Positions 21,752-31,726 of a DNA stretch of 64,000 nt are shown in pieces (positions within the stretch are counted from its first letter, which is position 1; each line of letters begins with the position of its first letter). Both the position numbers and the translations under genes were made by a program. The notes beneath the pieces are model-generated. The model was not told the origin of the DNA. It did no database searches and was given only the letters and a program-made list of their open reading frames with translations. Location of the stretch: IMG/VR virus record IMGVR_UViG_3300037400_004242. One strand, written 5' to 3'. This DNA is from a virus (taxonomy: Duplodnaviria; Caudoviricetes).

Positions 21752-22981
21752 ATGAGTGTAATAGATAAAATAGTAAAATATCGAATTCCGAAAAAAGGAA
21801 AATATAAATATGCATTTGATTCGTATAAAAAATCTCCTGAAGATAAATATGTTTTTATTAATCAAAGAGAATTGGTAAAAATTGTAACTGACGAAATTAA
21901 GTTTGATATAGAATGTATTTGTGATAAATGCGGGAAACATTTTACAAGAAGATTAGGATTACTAGAATTAGATAGAATTTATTGTCAGATATGTATTACA
22001 AAAGATACGAATCAAAAACGTTATGGTGTTGATGTTCCGATTCAAAATAAAAAGATTTATGAAAAAATAAAAAATACAATGATAGAAAGATATGGAGTAG
22101 ATAATTCCATGAAATCTCCTGAAGTACGAAAGAAATCACAGGAAACATTAATGAAAAATTATGGTGTAGAACATCCATCACAAAGTAAAGAAATTCAAGA
22201 GAGAACGAAAAAGACGTTTTTAAAAAAGTATGGCGTAGAATGTTCTTTACAGAATGAAAAAGTAAAAGAAAAAGCGAAGAAAACATTAATAGAAAAATAT
22301 GGTGTAGATAATTCAATGAAAGCTCCTGAAGTTCAAGAAAAATTTCGGAAAACAATGCAAGAACGTTATGGAGTAAATTATGTTTTTGAAAATGATACTT
22401 TATATGGAAAAGCAAAGCAAACCATGTTAGAAAAATATGGTTATGAATTTGCGATTAAGAATAAAGAAATTCAAGAAAAACAAAAGATAACATGTTTAAA
22501 ACATTTTGGAGTAGAATATCCTGCACAAAGTAAAGAAGTATTGAAACGGCAAGAAGAAACAAATTTAAAAAAATATGGATATAAGCATCCATTAGATTTA
22601 GCAAAAAATCGTGGATATATTAGTATTGAAAATATTCGATGTGCTTGTTCAAAACAACAAAAACATATTGCAGAATTAATTCATGGAGAAATTAATGTTC
22701 CTGTTGGAAGATATATTTTAGATATTGTTGTAGATAATATAAATATTGAATATGATGGTGGTGGACATCGTTTAAATGTAAAATTTGGCGTATTAACAAA
22801 CGAAGAATTTGATAAACAAGAAAATAAAAGAAATCAATGGATAATTCATAAAGGATATAAGGTAATTCGGATTATTTGTCCAAGGGATAAAATTCCTGAA
22901 GATGATATTATTTTAAAACAATTGAAAGAAGCTAGAGAAAAATTAAAAAAAGAAAATATAATATACATTACATGGGATTAA
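21752..22981 (+). CDS. Free-standing homing-type endonuclease: zinc ribbon, about 9 (K/R)YGV repeats and a C-terminal PD-(D/E)XK/DUF559-like domain
   Basis: Two CxxC pairs, ~23-aa YGV repeats, LDIVVDNINIEYDGGGH and GYKVIRI. Confidence 0.7.
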   Translation: MSVIDKIVKYRIPKKGKYKYAFDSYKKSPEDKYVFINQRELVKIVTDEIKFDIECICDKCGKHFTRRLGLLELDRIYCQICITKDTNQKRYGVDVPIQNKKIYEKIKNTMIERYGVDNSMKSPEVRKKSQETLMKNYGVEHPSQSKEIQERTKKTFLKKYGVECSLQNEKVKEKAKKTLIEKYGVDNSMKAPEVQEKFRKTMQERYGVNYVFENDTLYGKAKQTMLEKYGYEFAIKNKEIQEKQKITCLKHFGVEYPAQSKEVLKRQEETNLKKYGYKHPLDLAKNRGYISIENIRCACSKQQKHIAELIHGEINVPVGRYILDIVVDNINIEYDGGGHRLNVKFGVLTNEEFDKQENKRNQWIIHKGYKVIRIICPRDKIPEDDIILKQLKEAREKLKKENIIYITWD

Positions 22982-22985
22982 TTTT

Positions 22986-23019
22986 TAAGCAGAATATATC
23001 ATATGTTCTGCTTATTTTT
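22986..23019 (+). terminator. Intrinsic terminator
   Basis: Stem TAAGCAGAATAT / ATGTTCTGCTTA followed by a T-run. Confidence 0.65.
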
Positions 23020-23083
23020 CGTATAAAGGAAAGTATGTTTTTTATTTATTTTTTAGAGTATAAATTTTGAAAAGGGGGAAATT

Positions 23084-26000
23084 TTGTTGGACAACTTTGA
23101 AAAATTCTCCAATTATGATAAACGTTCAAGTTATCAGCAAGTCCGTTTTGGACATGATAAGCCAATTCTAGAAACAGAATTGAATGAAATACAACAATTA
23201 CAGACAGATGCTAGATTAGATATTGTTAACAAACATGTATATAGTGGTTTTACAGAACTTGTTACAAAAGGATTTAATGGAGAACCAATTGTTTATAATC
23301 CTTCATCGAATGGATTACTTTTAACAAACAAAATTGCAATTGCTCCATTTACTGCAAATATCATGGGATATACAGTTCATGGAAGCGGAAATTTTACATA
23401 TAACAAAATTGATAATTATATTTTAGTAGATTTAGGTGAAGTCGCGAAAAAAGCGATGTACGACAGCTTAGTATATCTTGAAGTTTGGTTCGAGATTGAA
23501 AAAGGTGAACAATCTGCTAAAAAATTCGGATATTCCATGGGTGATACGATTGGTACACCTGCAAAAGACAAACGTGTTGGTGATGAAACTTCTCGTAGAC
23601 TTGCTTTATGTTGGAATATTTGTGTAAAGAATGAATGTGATTTTGATAATTATCCTGAAGGATTAGGATACAATGACATTTTTCATTATTCTCATGTATT
23701 TGCAAAAGCAAATGGGCAGTTAGGAAATGATTCTAATGTAAATATAAGTTTCAGCGAAGCAACAAATGATATGTTCCGTGCTGAAAAATTCCATCATGAT
23801 AAAAATTTGTATGTAGCAGGTAGACCAACATATGAAATTGATTCATCTACATTGTATGGAAAATATGTTTATGCATTACCAATGTTTCGTATTCGTAGAA
23901 GAAACAAAGTACCATATGATATAACGAATTTTAATGGTTCTTCTTCTTATAATAAAATGGTAGTCAACAATGACACATCAGAAAAAGGAGATTTGCTTGC
24001 AGGATTCAGGCCGGATAGATTGGCATATGATATGATTGATGTAAATGATGTTATGGATATTCGTAAATCTGTTTGCTATGCGGATTATAATGAAAATAGT
24101 ATGGCAGATGATACAATTCGTGCATTATTTAATAATCAATTAACAACACGTCAAACAAAAAAGATGCGTCGTATTCAATTTGGTAATAAAGAAATTCCAT
24201 TTGATAAAATTGATAATGCTACTTTTTCTGTTCCATTTAATAAAAGTGTAAAAGATAAAATTCCCGGTGGTTGTACAACAGAAAACGCATTAGTAAGATA
24301 TGAAGATTCCATTTGTGGAATGGGTGCAGTTTTTGAAAATAGCAATTATGTATTGTATGATATTAATAAATCAAGTGCAGAATTATTAAATCGTGATAAA
24401 GGTTCCATTGATTTTTACTTTAAGCCATTTTGGAATGGTTCTGATGAAGATATTGACCAAGAAATTATGTCTTTAGTAGATGGTGGGAAACATCCAATTT
24501 GGAAATTTGAGAAAAAAGGATTGAAATTAATCTTAACACATTATGATACTTTTAGTGCAGTAACTGTATCAGGAAAAAGCAATTTAGTACAAGAAACAAA
24601 ATGTGAGATTAATTTGTCACAAGATTTAATAAAAGCAAATCAATATTACTACATTCGTATTTCATGGACAAACAAACCAATGCCTTTAAATGGTATGGCA
24701 TATGTTTATATTAATAGTATCATGAAAGCACAAATGGAAATCCCAAAATGTAAACTGACGGCGCAGTATTTAAAAGTTGGTGGCGTAGCTAATTCAAATA
24801 AAGGATTCTTGATTAGCAATTTAATAGGTTATAAAAAGAATTTTGAATTGCTTATGATGGAAGGTTCCAAATATGGATATGCAAAAAATAAGTTCTGGCC
24901 TATGTTGCCAAAAGACTTTATGTATTCAGATACATTACTGATGCCTGGATTTAATGGAATTGTAAATAATTATGGTGATGATTCTTTCACACAAGTACAA
25001 ATGACATTGGAACTTGCTCCATATTCTACAACAGCAGGAAAAAGATTTAAATTTGAAGTTTCTTCTGATAAAAAAATTGTTAGTATAGATAAAGTATATA
25101 ATTATGAAAATGATAAACTTTATATTTATCAAACAAATTACGATGTTATCATTGATGATGTTGCAACAAATAACCAAGCTGGTGAAATTATTCATTATGG
25201 TAGTGTTGCAGAAGTTGTATTCCAGAATACATATGCCGCAGTCAAGAAAATTGTTATAGAAGCTACGATTCAATTAAGTACAGGTTGTGGTGGTCAAGAT
25301 ATAGCAACAGAAGTATTAGGCGCAGCGATGATGAAATATGACGATGAAGATGATAACTATTATTATCCACTTCGTATGACAGAAGAAGTTTCGTTTAATG
25401 CAAAAGGTGCTTATCCTAGACAGATACCTTGGTTAAAACCCAGGAAAGTTAATGGAGAAGAAGATAAAGCATATGATGTTTCTAATCAGTTGCGTTCACA
25501 GTATCAATGCTATGCGAGATTGATATATTATAATGTATCAGGTAATGGTACGGCAGAATATAAAATTCCAATAAATGTATATGGATACAATGTTATTGGT
25601 GTTATTGGATGCAGTAGTATTGGCAAAATTAAAAATGTATATCGTACACCATCAGAAATTCCTGATGAACCTGAAAATGAAATTACGGTTATGTTAGAGA
25701 CACCATTACTTGTAGGTGAAACAATTACATTTGAATTAGCAACAAGTGGTTTCTCATTTGATTACGAATTAAATTCAAAGACATTGATGACAGATATGTA
25801 TCAATGCAAGAATTTAGTGTTTTTAACAGATGGTAAAAATAGCAAATTTACAAAACCATGTATGTCAAATAGCGATGAATATTTGCATGGTGGAATTTTG
25901 AAGTCTGTTATGACATTTATAGATTCTGATGGTAATAAACATTTTCAATGCTATGAAGACAGTATGATATTCTATAATGAATATGGTGAAGTTATTGAAA

Positions 26001-26737
26001 ATAAAAAACGTTTAAATGCTCGTGAGATTAAAGTTTCAGGATTTGGTACGCCATTTATTACGGTAGATTTAGGTAAGATATATCCAATGGGAACGAGAAT
26101 CGAAGTTCCAATTATGACAACATATCAGCCATTAAAATCTGATATTCTTTCTGTTTGGTATAATTATATTCCATATCAAGGAAACATGACAAATGCTCGT
26201 CAAACAGTAAAACGTATTACAGATTGGCATTATTTTATTACAACATTAGGTACAGGTAAAAATGATAAAGATGTAATTTATAGAAATGTTGTAAATAATT
26301 TGCCTGGTGGTTTAACTTATGGATATAAGATGGATAATAAAGATATTGTTGTAAAATATGCAAAAAATAATATGACAAATACATTGAGCAACATTAATAA
26401 ACAACTTGTATTTTTGAATAACTTTATGCTAGAATATAACAAAGATTTTAGTAATTTGGCTTCAGAATATAAAGTAAAGAAAAATTGTGCATGTTTCCAA
26501 GATGGAGAATTGAAATTCTTAAATGTAGATTTTAGTTTATATTTTGATGATTTGGTAAATCCAATTAATAAATATGTAGGTGCTTATTGTGTTGTTGTTA
26601 CAGATACAGGAGAACTTATGGTTATGGTAATCGGTAATTTCGATGAAACAGCAACAGCAATTAATCATTTACATCCTACATATGGAGATTTGTATCGCAT
26701 TAAAGGCAGACCAACAACAGTACGTAATAGCGACTAA
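23084..26737 (+). CDS. Large baseplate/tail-fibre protein with a LamG/concanavalin-like domain
   Basis: N-terminal domain paralogous to 18784. GSIDFYFKPFW..YYYIRISW..VYINS is a LamG-like pattern. Confidence 0.6.
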   Translation: MLDNFEKFSNYDKRSSYQQVRFGHDKPILETELNEIQQLQTDARLDIVNKHVYSGFTELVTKGFNGEPIVYNPSSNGLLLTNKIAIAPFTANIMGYTVHGSGNFTYNKIDNYILVDLGEVAKKAMYDSLVYLEVWFEIEKGEQSAKKFGYSMGDTIGTPAKDKRVGDETSRRLALCWNICVKNECDFDNYPEGLGYNDIFHYSHVFAKANGQLGNDSNVNISFSEATNDMFRAEKFHHDKNLYVAGRPTYEIDSSTLYGKYVYALPMFRIRRRNKVPYDITNFNGSSSYNKMVVNNDTSEKGDLLAGFRPDRLAYDMIDVNDVMDIRKSVCYADYNENSMADDTIRALFNNQLTTRQTKKMRRIQFGNKEIPFDKIDNATFSVPFNKSVKDKIPGGCTTENALVRYEDSICGMGAVFENSNYVLYDINKSSAELLNRDKGSIDFYFKPFWNGSDEDIDQEIMSLVDGGKHPIWKFEKKGLKLILTHYDTFSAVTVSGKSNLVQETKCEINLSQDLIKANQYYYIRISWTNKPMPLNGMAYVYINSIMKAQMEIPKCKLTAQYLKVGGVANSNKGFLISNLIGYKKNFELLMMEGSKYGYAKNKFWPMLPKDFMYSDTLLMPGFNGIVNNYGDDSFTQVQMTLELAPYSTTAGKRFKFEVSSDKKIVSIDKVYNYENDKLYIYQTNYDVIIDDVATNNQAGEIIHYGSVAEVVFQNTYAAVKKIVIEATIQLSTGCGGQDIATEVLGAAMMKYDDEDDNYYYPLRMTEEVSFNAKGAYPRQIPWLKPRKVNGEEDKAYDVSNQLRSQYQCYARLIYYNVSGNGTAEYKIPINVYGYNVIGVIGCSSIGKIKNVYRTPSEIPDEPENEITVMLETPLLVGETITFELATSGFSFDYELNSKTLMTDMYQCKNLVFLTDGKNSKFTKPCMSNSDEYLHGGILKSVMTFIDSDGNKHFQCYEDSMIFYNEYGEVIENKKRLNAREIKVSGFGTPFITVDLGKIYPMGTRIEVPIMTTYQPLKSDILSVWYNYIPYQGNMTNARQTVKRITDWHYFITTLGTGKNDKDVIYRNVVNNLPGGLTYGYKMDNKDIVVKYAKNNMTNTLSNINKQLVFLNNFMLEYNKDFSNLASEYKVKKNCACFQDGELKFLNVDFSLYFDDLVNPINKYVGAYCVVVTDTGELMVMVIGNFDETATAINHLHPTYGDLYRIKGRPTTVRNSD

Positions 26738-26744
26738 AAAACTG

Positions 26745-26774
26745 TTGACAAAACAACATGATATAAGATATAAT
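26745..26774 (+). promoter_or_regulatory. SigmaA-type promoter TTGACA-N18-TATAAT, overlapping a hairpin (26770-26807), upstream of the omega RNA
   Basis: Perfect -35 at 26745-50 and perfect -10 at 26769-74. Confidence 0.65.
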
Positions 26775-26810
26775 AGGTGTAAAGATTATTTTGCACCTAT
26801 TATTTTTAGG

Positions 26811-27127
26811 ACTAATCGTTAAGTACCCAAAAACATACGCAAGTGTGTTTAAACATACTTAAAAGTGGACACCAAGTCTTTTAAGCACGGCTAAACGATT
26901 GGTTTCAAGCCCAAGTGACTACGGGTGAGGAAACTTGCTTCGTAGGATGAACTAAGTCAGGTAGCAAGGCAAAAACGCACCTTCGGATGTACCTTCAGTC
27001 TGTCGCTCTGTGAAAGCCAACCAAGAAACACGGCTAATGTCCTGCCGTGATAACAGGGAAACTCATGTCCTCTACCCGACCTCGGCAAGAAGGAAAATTC
27101 CCGTCTTTGACGGTGTTGGCAGAGATG
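26811..27127 (+). ncRNA. IscB-type omega RNA (HEARO family) scaffold with no iscB ORF
   Basis: GC-rich non-coding island. Stems: ACTAATCGTT/AACGATTGGT, GCAA- and GAAA-capped hairpins, GTCAGGTAG/CTACCCGAC and CACGGC/GCCGTG. Motifs GGTTTCAAGCC.AAGTGA, CACCTTCGGATGTA..TTCAGTC..GCTCTGTG, GCCAACCAAGAAAC..GCTAATGTCCTGC..GATAACAGGGAAAC and GGCAAGAAG match my recollection of Firmicute iscB leaders. Confidence 0.8.
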
Positions 27128-27130
27128 CCC

Positions 27131-27166
27131 GTGGAATACCGCCCCTATTTGGGGCGGTATTCCATG
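27131..27166. repeat. GC-rich palindrome (possible element end or terminator)
   Basis: TGGAATACCGCCCC-TATTT-GGGGCGGTATTCCA. Confidence 0.75.
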
Positions 27167-27241
27167 TATTTGTTAGTTAAAATGTGCTTTAGATGCACTT
27201 TTAAGTATATTTGTCTATGTTTTTAGAAGGAGGAATAGCAA

Positions 27242-27499
27242 ATGGCATTTGCAGATAATAATAACTCTCTTTATGATGTTGTTATGAAACAGAGCGATAC
27301 AAAAGAAACAAAATTTTCGTTGTTGGAGAATAAAAAAAGTGGAGCACTTCGTGCAAGTATTCGTGATTTTACACATACAGAATCATATGATGGTCCAACG
27401 CGAAATGGCATGATGTTTCAATTGAATACAATTGCGGATGTAGAGAAATATCAGAAAACCTTTAATGAATTTTTTGATAAAATTAAAGAATTTTTCTGA
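27242..27499 (+). CDS. PC4/YdbC-like ssDNA-binding protein
   Basis: SIRDF..GPTRNGMM matches the PC4-family DIR..PTxKG pattern; 85 aa; strong SD. Confidence 0.6.
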   Translation: MAFADNNNSLYDVVMKQSDTKETKFSLLENKKSGALRASIRDFTHTESYDGPTRNGMMFQLNTIADVEKYQKTFNEFFDKIKEFF

Positions 27500-27504
27500 A
27501 AAAA

Positions 27505-27536
27505 AGAAGGTCAAAGATATAAGTCTTTGACCTTTT
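27505..27536 (+). terminator. Intrinsic terminator
   Basis: Stem AAGGTCAAAGAT / GTCTTTGACCTT. Confidence 0.6.
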
Positions 27537-27562
27537 GTGTTCATAAGGAGGATTATTTGTAA

Positions 27563-27940
27563 ATGCCTAGGCGTAAGTTAACAGAAGCAGAAAAAATAGA
27601 AAAAGATAAAAAATTAGTTTATCAAAAATTAATAAATAATGAATTGGTATCTATTAAAGATTTGGCAAAGTTGTTACAAAAACGTTCATGCACTATTCGG
27701 AAATGGGAAGAGAAGGGAATTGTACAAAAACCTGCAAAGATTGACCCAATTCGCATGTATACTTATGATGAACTTGCAAAATTTTTACATGATTTAATTA
27801 ATCATGAATGGAAATATAAGACAATAGATATGGATGAAATAAAGTCTATTTTAAAATATTTGGATTCTTTAGTAGAAGTAAATCATGTAAAGCGACGTGT
27901 GATAAAAAAAGACCCATATTCATTTGATGGGATATATTAA
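27563..27940 (+). CDS. MerR-like helix-turn-helix DNA-binding protein
   Basis: SIKDLAKLL..TIRKWEEKG..RMYTYDEL. Confidence 0.7.
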   Translation: MPRRKLTEAEKIEKDKKLVYQKLINNELVSIKDLAKLLQKRSCTIRKWEEKGIVQKPAKIDPIRMYTYDELAKFLHDLINHEWKYKTIDMDEIKSILKYLDSLVEVNHVKRRVIKKDPYSFDGIY

Positions 27941-27958
27941 AAGGAGAAACAAAGAGAA

Positions 27959-30415
27959 ATGGTGCAATTAGATTTAGATAATGTATATTTAAAAATTACA
28001 GGATTAGAAAAAGATGAAGAAATGAAATTATGGAATCTTCTTTCTTTTCCTGTACAAGTTTTCGGTATGCAAGAAGTTCGTTATCGACATTTATATAATC
28101 GTAAAACAAAGAAAACATACGCTGGTTTACTAGAGTATGTGGAAGGACATCTGAAAGATAGGAACATTAAATATATATTAAAGGATAATCGTATAAAGCC
28201 GCAACAAAATGCTAATTTCAAATTAGTGGATTATATTGATAATGAAAAGAAAATTCCATTGAAACTTAGACCATATCAGCAAGATATAGTAGATAAGTGT
28301 AGAGAACGAGAAGTAATACAAGCAGCTACTGGAGCAGGAAAAGCATTACCATTAGATACAGATATTCTTACTCCAAACGGATTTGTTAAAATGCGTGATA
28401 TTCATGTTGGTTCTGTTGTTTATGATGAAAATGGAGAAAAAACAAGTGTAATTGCAGAATTTCCACAAAACGAATTGAAACAAGAATATAAAATTACATT
28501 TAATGATGGTAGTTATGTGATTTGTTGTAAGGAACATCTATGGAAATATGATGTTAAAACCAATCTCAAACATCATAGATGGAAAGTGAATAATATTGTT
28601 GATATTATTAACAAATATGGATTAAAAAAGAGTAGGTCATTAAATATATATATTCCTGTATGTAAACCAATTCAATTTGATAAAAAAGAATTGCTTATTC
28701 CACCATATTTAATGGGTGCATTACTTGGTGATGGGGGTTTTACACAGAATACAATTTCTTTTACTAATGTTGAAAAAGATATTATTGATAAAGTCAATTT
28801 ATTGGTTTCAACATGGGGTGTTTTTAAACATAAGAAAAATAAAAGCCATCCACAACTACATTTTGTTGGTGGTGAAAATAATTTATTTAAAAAATATATA
28901 GAAAATACGTTTCACCATGCAAATTCAAAAACAAAATTTATTCCAAATGAATATAAAATGAGTTCTATCGAAGATAGATTAGAATTAATTCGTGGATTAA
29001 TTGATACTGATGGTTCCATAAATGAAAAGGGACATATAAAAATTGGCTTTGTTAGTGAACAATTAGCAAAAGATTTGCAATTTGTTCTTCAAAGTCTAGG
29101 CTATCGTTCTAAAATGACGATTGACAAAAGAAAAGGAAGAAATGATACGTATAATTTATATATACGTGGTTGTGATGATAAATTATTTTCTTCAATAAAG
29201 CATAAAGAAAGATTTAAACATCATAAAGTAGCAAAAAATCATTACTACGACATTTTAAAAATTGTTTCAGTAGAACCATTAGATAAAAAATCAGAAATGA
29301 AATGTATTACAGTTGATAGTCCTTTACATACATATATTTGTAAAGACTTTATTGTAACACACAATACATTGATGATGGCAGGATGTATTGCCAAATTTAA
29401 TGTAAAACCTGTTTGCATTTTTGCAGATAAAATAGGATTATGTCAACAATTGAAACAAGAAATGGAAAAATTTCTTGGTGTTGAAGTTGGTTTGGTCGGT
29501 GATGGTCATGAAGACTATAAAGATATTACAGTTATTTCTGTACAATCTGCCGATGAAAAGTATATCCAAAAAGCACAAATGTGTTTGTGGGACGAATGTC
29601 ACCATGTGCCAGCTCATACAATAGTTTCTATAGCGAACAAATGCACACAGGCATATTACAGGGTTGGCGTTTCTGCAACACCTTGGCGTGATGCAGGTGA
29701 TGACTTGCTTATTGAAGCAGTTTTAAATAAAAAGAAAGATGCTATTATTTCTGCATCAAAATTAATTGAATTAGGATATTTAATTAAACCAGATATTTAT
29801 TTTGTACCAATTAAACAAGTTTTTAAAGGAAAAAATTATCAAGATATTTATAAAAAAGCAATTGTAGAAAATATAGATAGAAATAAAATTGTTTGCAAAA
29901 TAGCTTATAATATGTTTATTCGTAATAAACATGTGTTAATTCTTTATAAAAATATTGCGCATGGAGAAACTTTACGTGATATGATGGAAAAAAGATTAAA
30001 TGCAAAGGCAACGCCAATTACTGTTAACCATCCAGTTACAGGAAAAGAACAAACAATTCGTGTAAAACCTGTAGAATTACTTTCAGGAAATGATGATACG
30101 TTAAAACGTGTCGCAGTTTTTGAAGCAGTTAAGAGAGGAATTTGCCGTTGTTTAATTGCATCAACAATTGCTGATGAAGGATTAGATTTGCCTATCTTAG
30201 ATACTTTAATTCTTGCTGGTGGTGGTAAATCTTCAACGAGAGCTTTTCAACGTGTCGGACGTGTATTAAGGCTTCATGAAGGTAAAACAAAAGCGATTGT
30301 TTTTGATTTTACAGATTATACGCCTATGTTACGTAGACATTCAAGAAATAGACAAAAATATTATGAACAGGAACCTATGTGGGATATTCATAAATTTAAT
30401 GTGAATCCAGATTAA
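27959..30415 (+). CDS. Superfamily 2 (UvsW/XPB-like) DNA helicase with an intein in Walker A
   Basis: LRPYQ, ATGAGK|intein|T, DECHH, SATP, EGLDLP and QRVGRVLR. Confidence 0.9.
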   Translation: MVQLDLDNVYLKITGLEKDEEMKLWNLLSFPVQVFGMQEVRYRHLYNRKTKKTYAGLLEYVEGHLKDRNIKYILKDNRIKPQQNANFKLVDYIDNEKKIPLKLRPYQQDIVDKCREREVIQAATGAGKALPLDTDILTPNGFVKMRDIHVGSVVYDENGEKTSVIAEFPQNELKQEYKITFNDGSYVICCKEHLWKYDVKTNLKHHRWKVNNIVDIINKYGLKKSRSLNIYIPVCKPIQFDKKELLIPPYLMGALLGDGGFTQNTISFTNVEKDIIDKVNLLVSTWGVFKHKKNKSHPQLHFVGGENNLFKKYIENTFHHANSKTKFIPNEYKMSSIEDRLELIRGLIDTDGSINEKGHIKIGFVSEQLAKDLQFVLQSLGYRSKMTIDKRKGRNDTYNLYIRGCDDKLFSSIKHKERFKHHKVAKNHYYDILKIVSVEPLDKKSEMKCITVDSPLHTYICKDFIVTHNTLMMAGCIAKFNVKPVCIFADKIGLCQQLKQEMEKFLGVEVGLVGDGHEDYKDITVISVQSADEKYIQKAQMCLWDECHHVPAHTIVSIANKCTQAYYRVGVSATPWRDAGDDLLIEAVLNKKKDAIISASKLIELGYLIKPDIYFVPIKQVFKGKNYQDIYKKAIVENIDRNKIVCKIAYNMFIRNKHVLILYKNIAHGETLRDMMEKRLNAKATPITVNHPVTGKEQTIRVKPVELLSGNDDTLKRVAVFEAVKRGICRCLIASTIADEGLDLPILDTLILAGGGKSSTRAFQRVGRVLRLHEGKTKAIVFDFTDYTPMLRRHSRNRQKYYEQEPMWDIHKFNVNPD
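28343..29365 (+). mobile_element. 341-aa intein with a LAGLIDADG endonuclease; Ala1 and WCT triplet (class 3 type)
   Basis: Starts ALPLDTDILTPNGF and ends FIVTHN|T. Endonuclease motifs MGALLGDG and IRGLIDTDG. Block B HLW, block F KCITV, block G VTHN. Confidence 0.9.
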
Positions 30416-30440
30416 AAATTGCATATACTAAAGATGGGAT

Positions 30441-31691
30441 GTGAACGGTATGCAAACTCATTCGGAGATAAAATGTGACTTTTGCGGAAAAGAATTTAAA
30501 TCCGCAGTCTCACTCAAAAATCATATTTTAAAAACCGATGATAGCCAACATCAGTTATTGGCTTTTATTTATAATGAGTTGAAGTTCAAATGTAAGGAAC
30601 TAAATTCTTACGTTGAAAAATATCGTGATTTTTTCGATACTGTTACAAAAGAATCTCTTCCGGTGAGTGAACGAGAACTATTGAATAAAATCAAAGAGGA
30701 TATTCAAGCTGAACAAAAACGAAAAGAAGAAAAAAAACAACAGTTAAAATTACAAAGACATTTAAATGATTTAAAACGCTTACAAGAACTAGAAGAAGAA
30801 CGCAGTATTCGTAAGCGTTTAGAAAAAGATATGTTTGATAGCTTACCTGAAGCTGATAAACCTGTAAATATTGTGAATGAATTTTATAATATGATTCATG
30901 ATAAATGTTATAATTATACAATTGAAGTAAAACTTATTAAAGCTCTTTATACACAAAAAAAATTTGATGCAGAAACAATTCATTTCATTGTAAAATATAT
31001 GGCAAAAACAGGTTGTTCAAATTTAAGAAGCATTAATTATAAAATTAATGATGCTCTGAATTTCAGAGAAAGCATGAAACTTATCAAAACAGAAAATACA
31101 ATCCCATATTTAATTAAGTATTATTATAAATCTTTACATATGAAAATGAATGTAAAGACATTTATGAAAGAATTAAATAAAATTAAATCTTCCATGCTTG
31201 CAAATAACTTGACAATGCAACAAGTGAAAAATGTATTGGATGGAATGATTTCGCAAAATAAACGTGTATTGAGTTGGTTTGATAGTTATGTTTCACAATA
31301 TGCTGATAAGAATGTAAAGGAAAATCCAATTCATGTTTGTACAGAAAATCGTGAAGTTGATATGAACGTTCATGAAATTCTTCGTGGAAAGATGACTTTG
31401 GATAAAGTTAGTGATAGAATTAAAAATCAATGCATAGATAAATTGAAAAATGTATTTATGCAAGGCTCTTTTGATAATCGTTATAATTATTTTGAATGGG
31501 CATATAAGATTAATCTTCCACTAACAAAAGATATGGTAACATTTGCAAATCAGCATAATAATGAACGGAACAATCGTTTTCAGAAATGGTATGAAAGTAT
31601 TTGCCTGAAACATGATGATGGATTGATGGTGAAATATAATAATACCATGAAAAATTATAACTTGTGGCTAGAAAAACAGCAGAAGTTGTGA
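30441..31691 (+). CDS. Putative replication initiator/co-loader with an N-terminal C2H2-type zinc finger and two DnaD-like helical repeats
   Basis: CDFCGKEFKSAVSLKNH..H motif, a coiled coil, and a position directly upstream of the DnaC-like loader and DnaB. Confidence 0.45.
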   Translation: MNGMQTHSEIKCDFCGKEFKSAVSLKNHILKTDDSQHQLLAFIYNELKFKCKELNSYVEKYRDFFDTVTKESLPVSERELLNKIKEDIQAEQKRKEEKKQQLKLQRHLNDLKRLQELEEERSIRKRLEKDMFDSLPEADKPVNIVNEFYNMIHDKCYNYTIEVKLIKALYTQKKFDAETIHFIVKYMAKTGCSNLRSINYKINDALNFRESMKLIKTENTIPYLIKYYYKSLHMKMNVKTFMKELNKIKSSMLANNLTMQQVKNVLDGMISQNKRVLSWFDSYVSQYADKNVKENPIHVCTENREVDMNVHEILRGKMTLDKVSDRIKNQCIDKLKNVFMQGSFDNRYNYFEWAYKINLPLTKDMVTFANQHNNERNNRFQKWYESICLKHDDGLMVKYNNTMKNYNLWLEKQQKL

Positions 31692-31726
31692 TATGATAAT
31701 GTCATTCGGTAGAGGAAGGAGAAAAC

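Noticed and set aside
26811-27127. tmRNA, RNase P RNA, tRNA cluster or group I intron as the identity of the GC-rich island
   Set aside because: There are no tRNA-like ends, T-loop or RNase P P4 motifs, it is not inside a gene, and the motif order fits omega/HEARO RNA.
27125-27226. Remnant iscB ORF after the omega RNA
   Set aside because: Only 33 codons, running through the palindrome, with no PLMP/RRXRR similarity.
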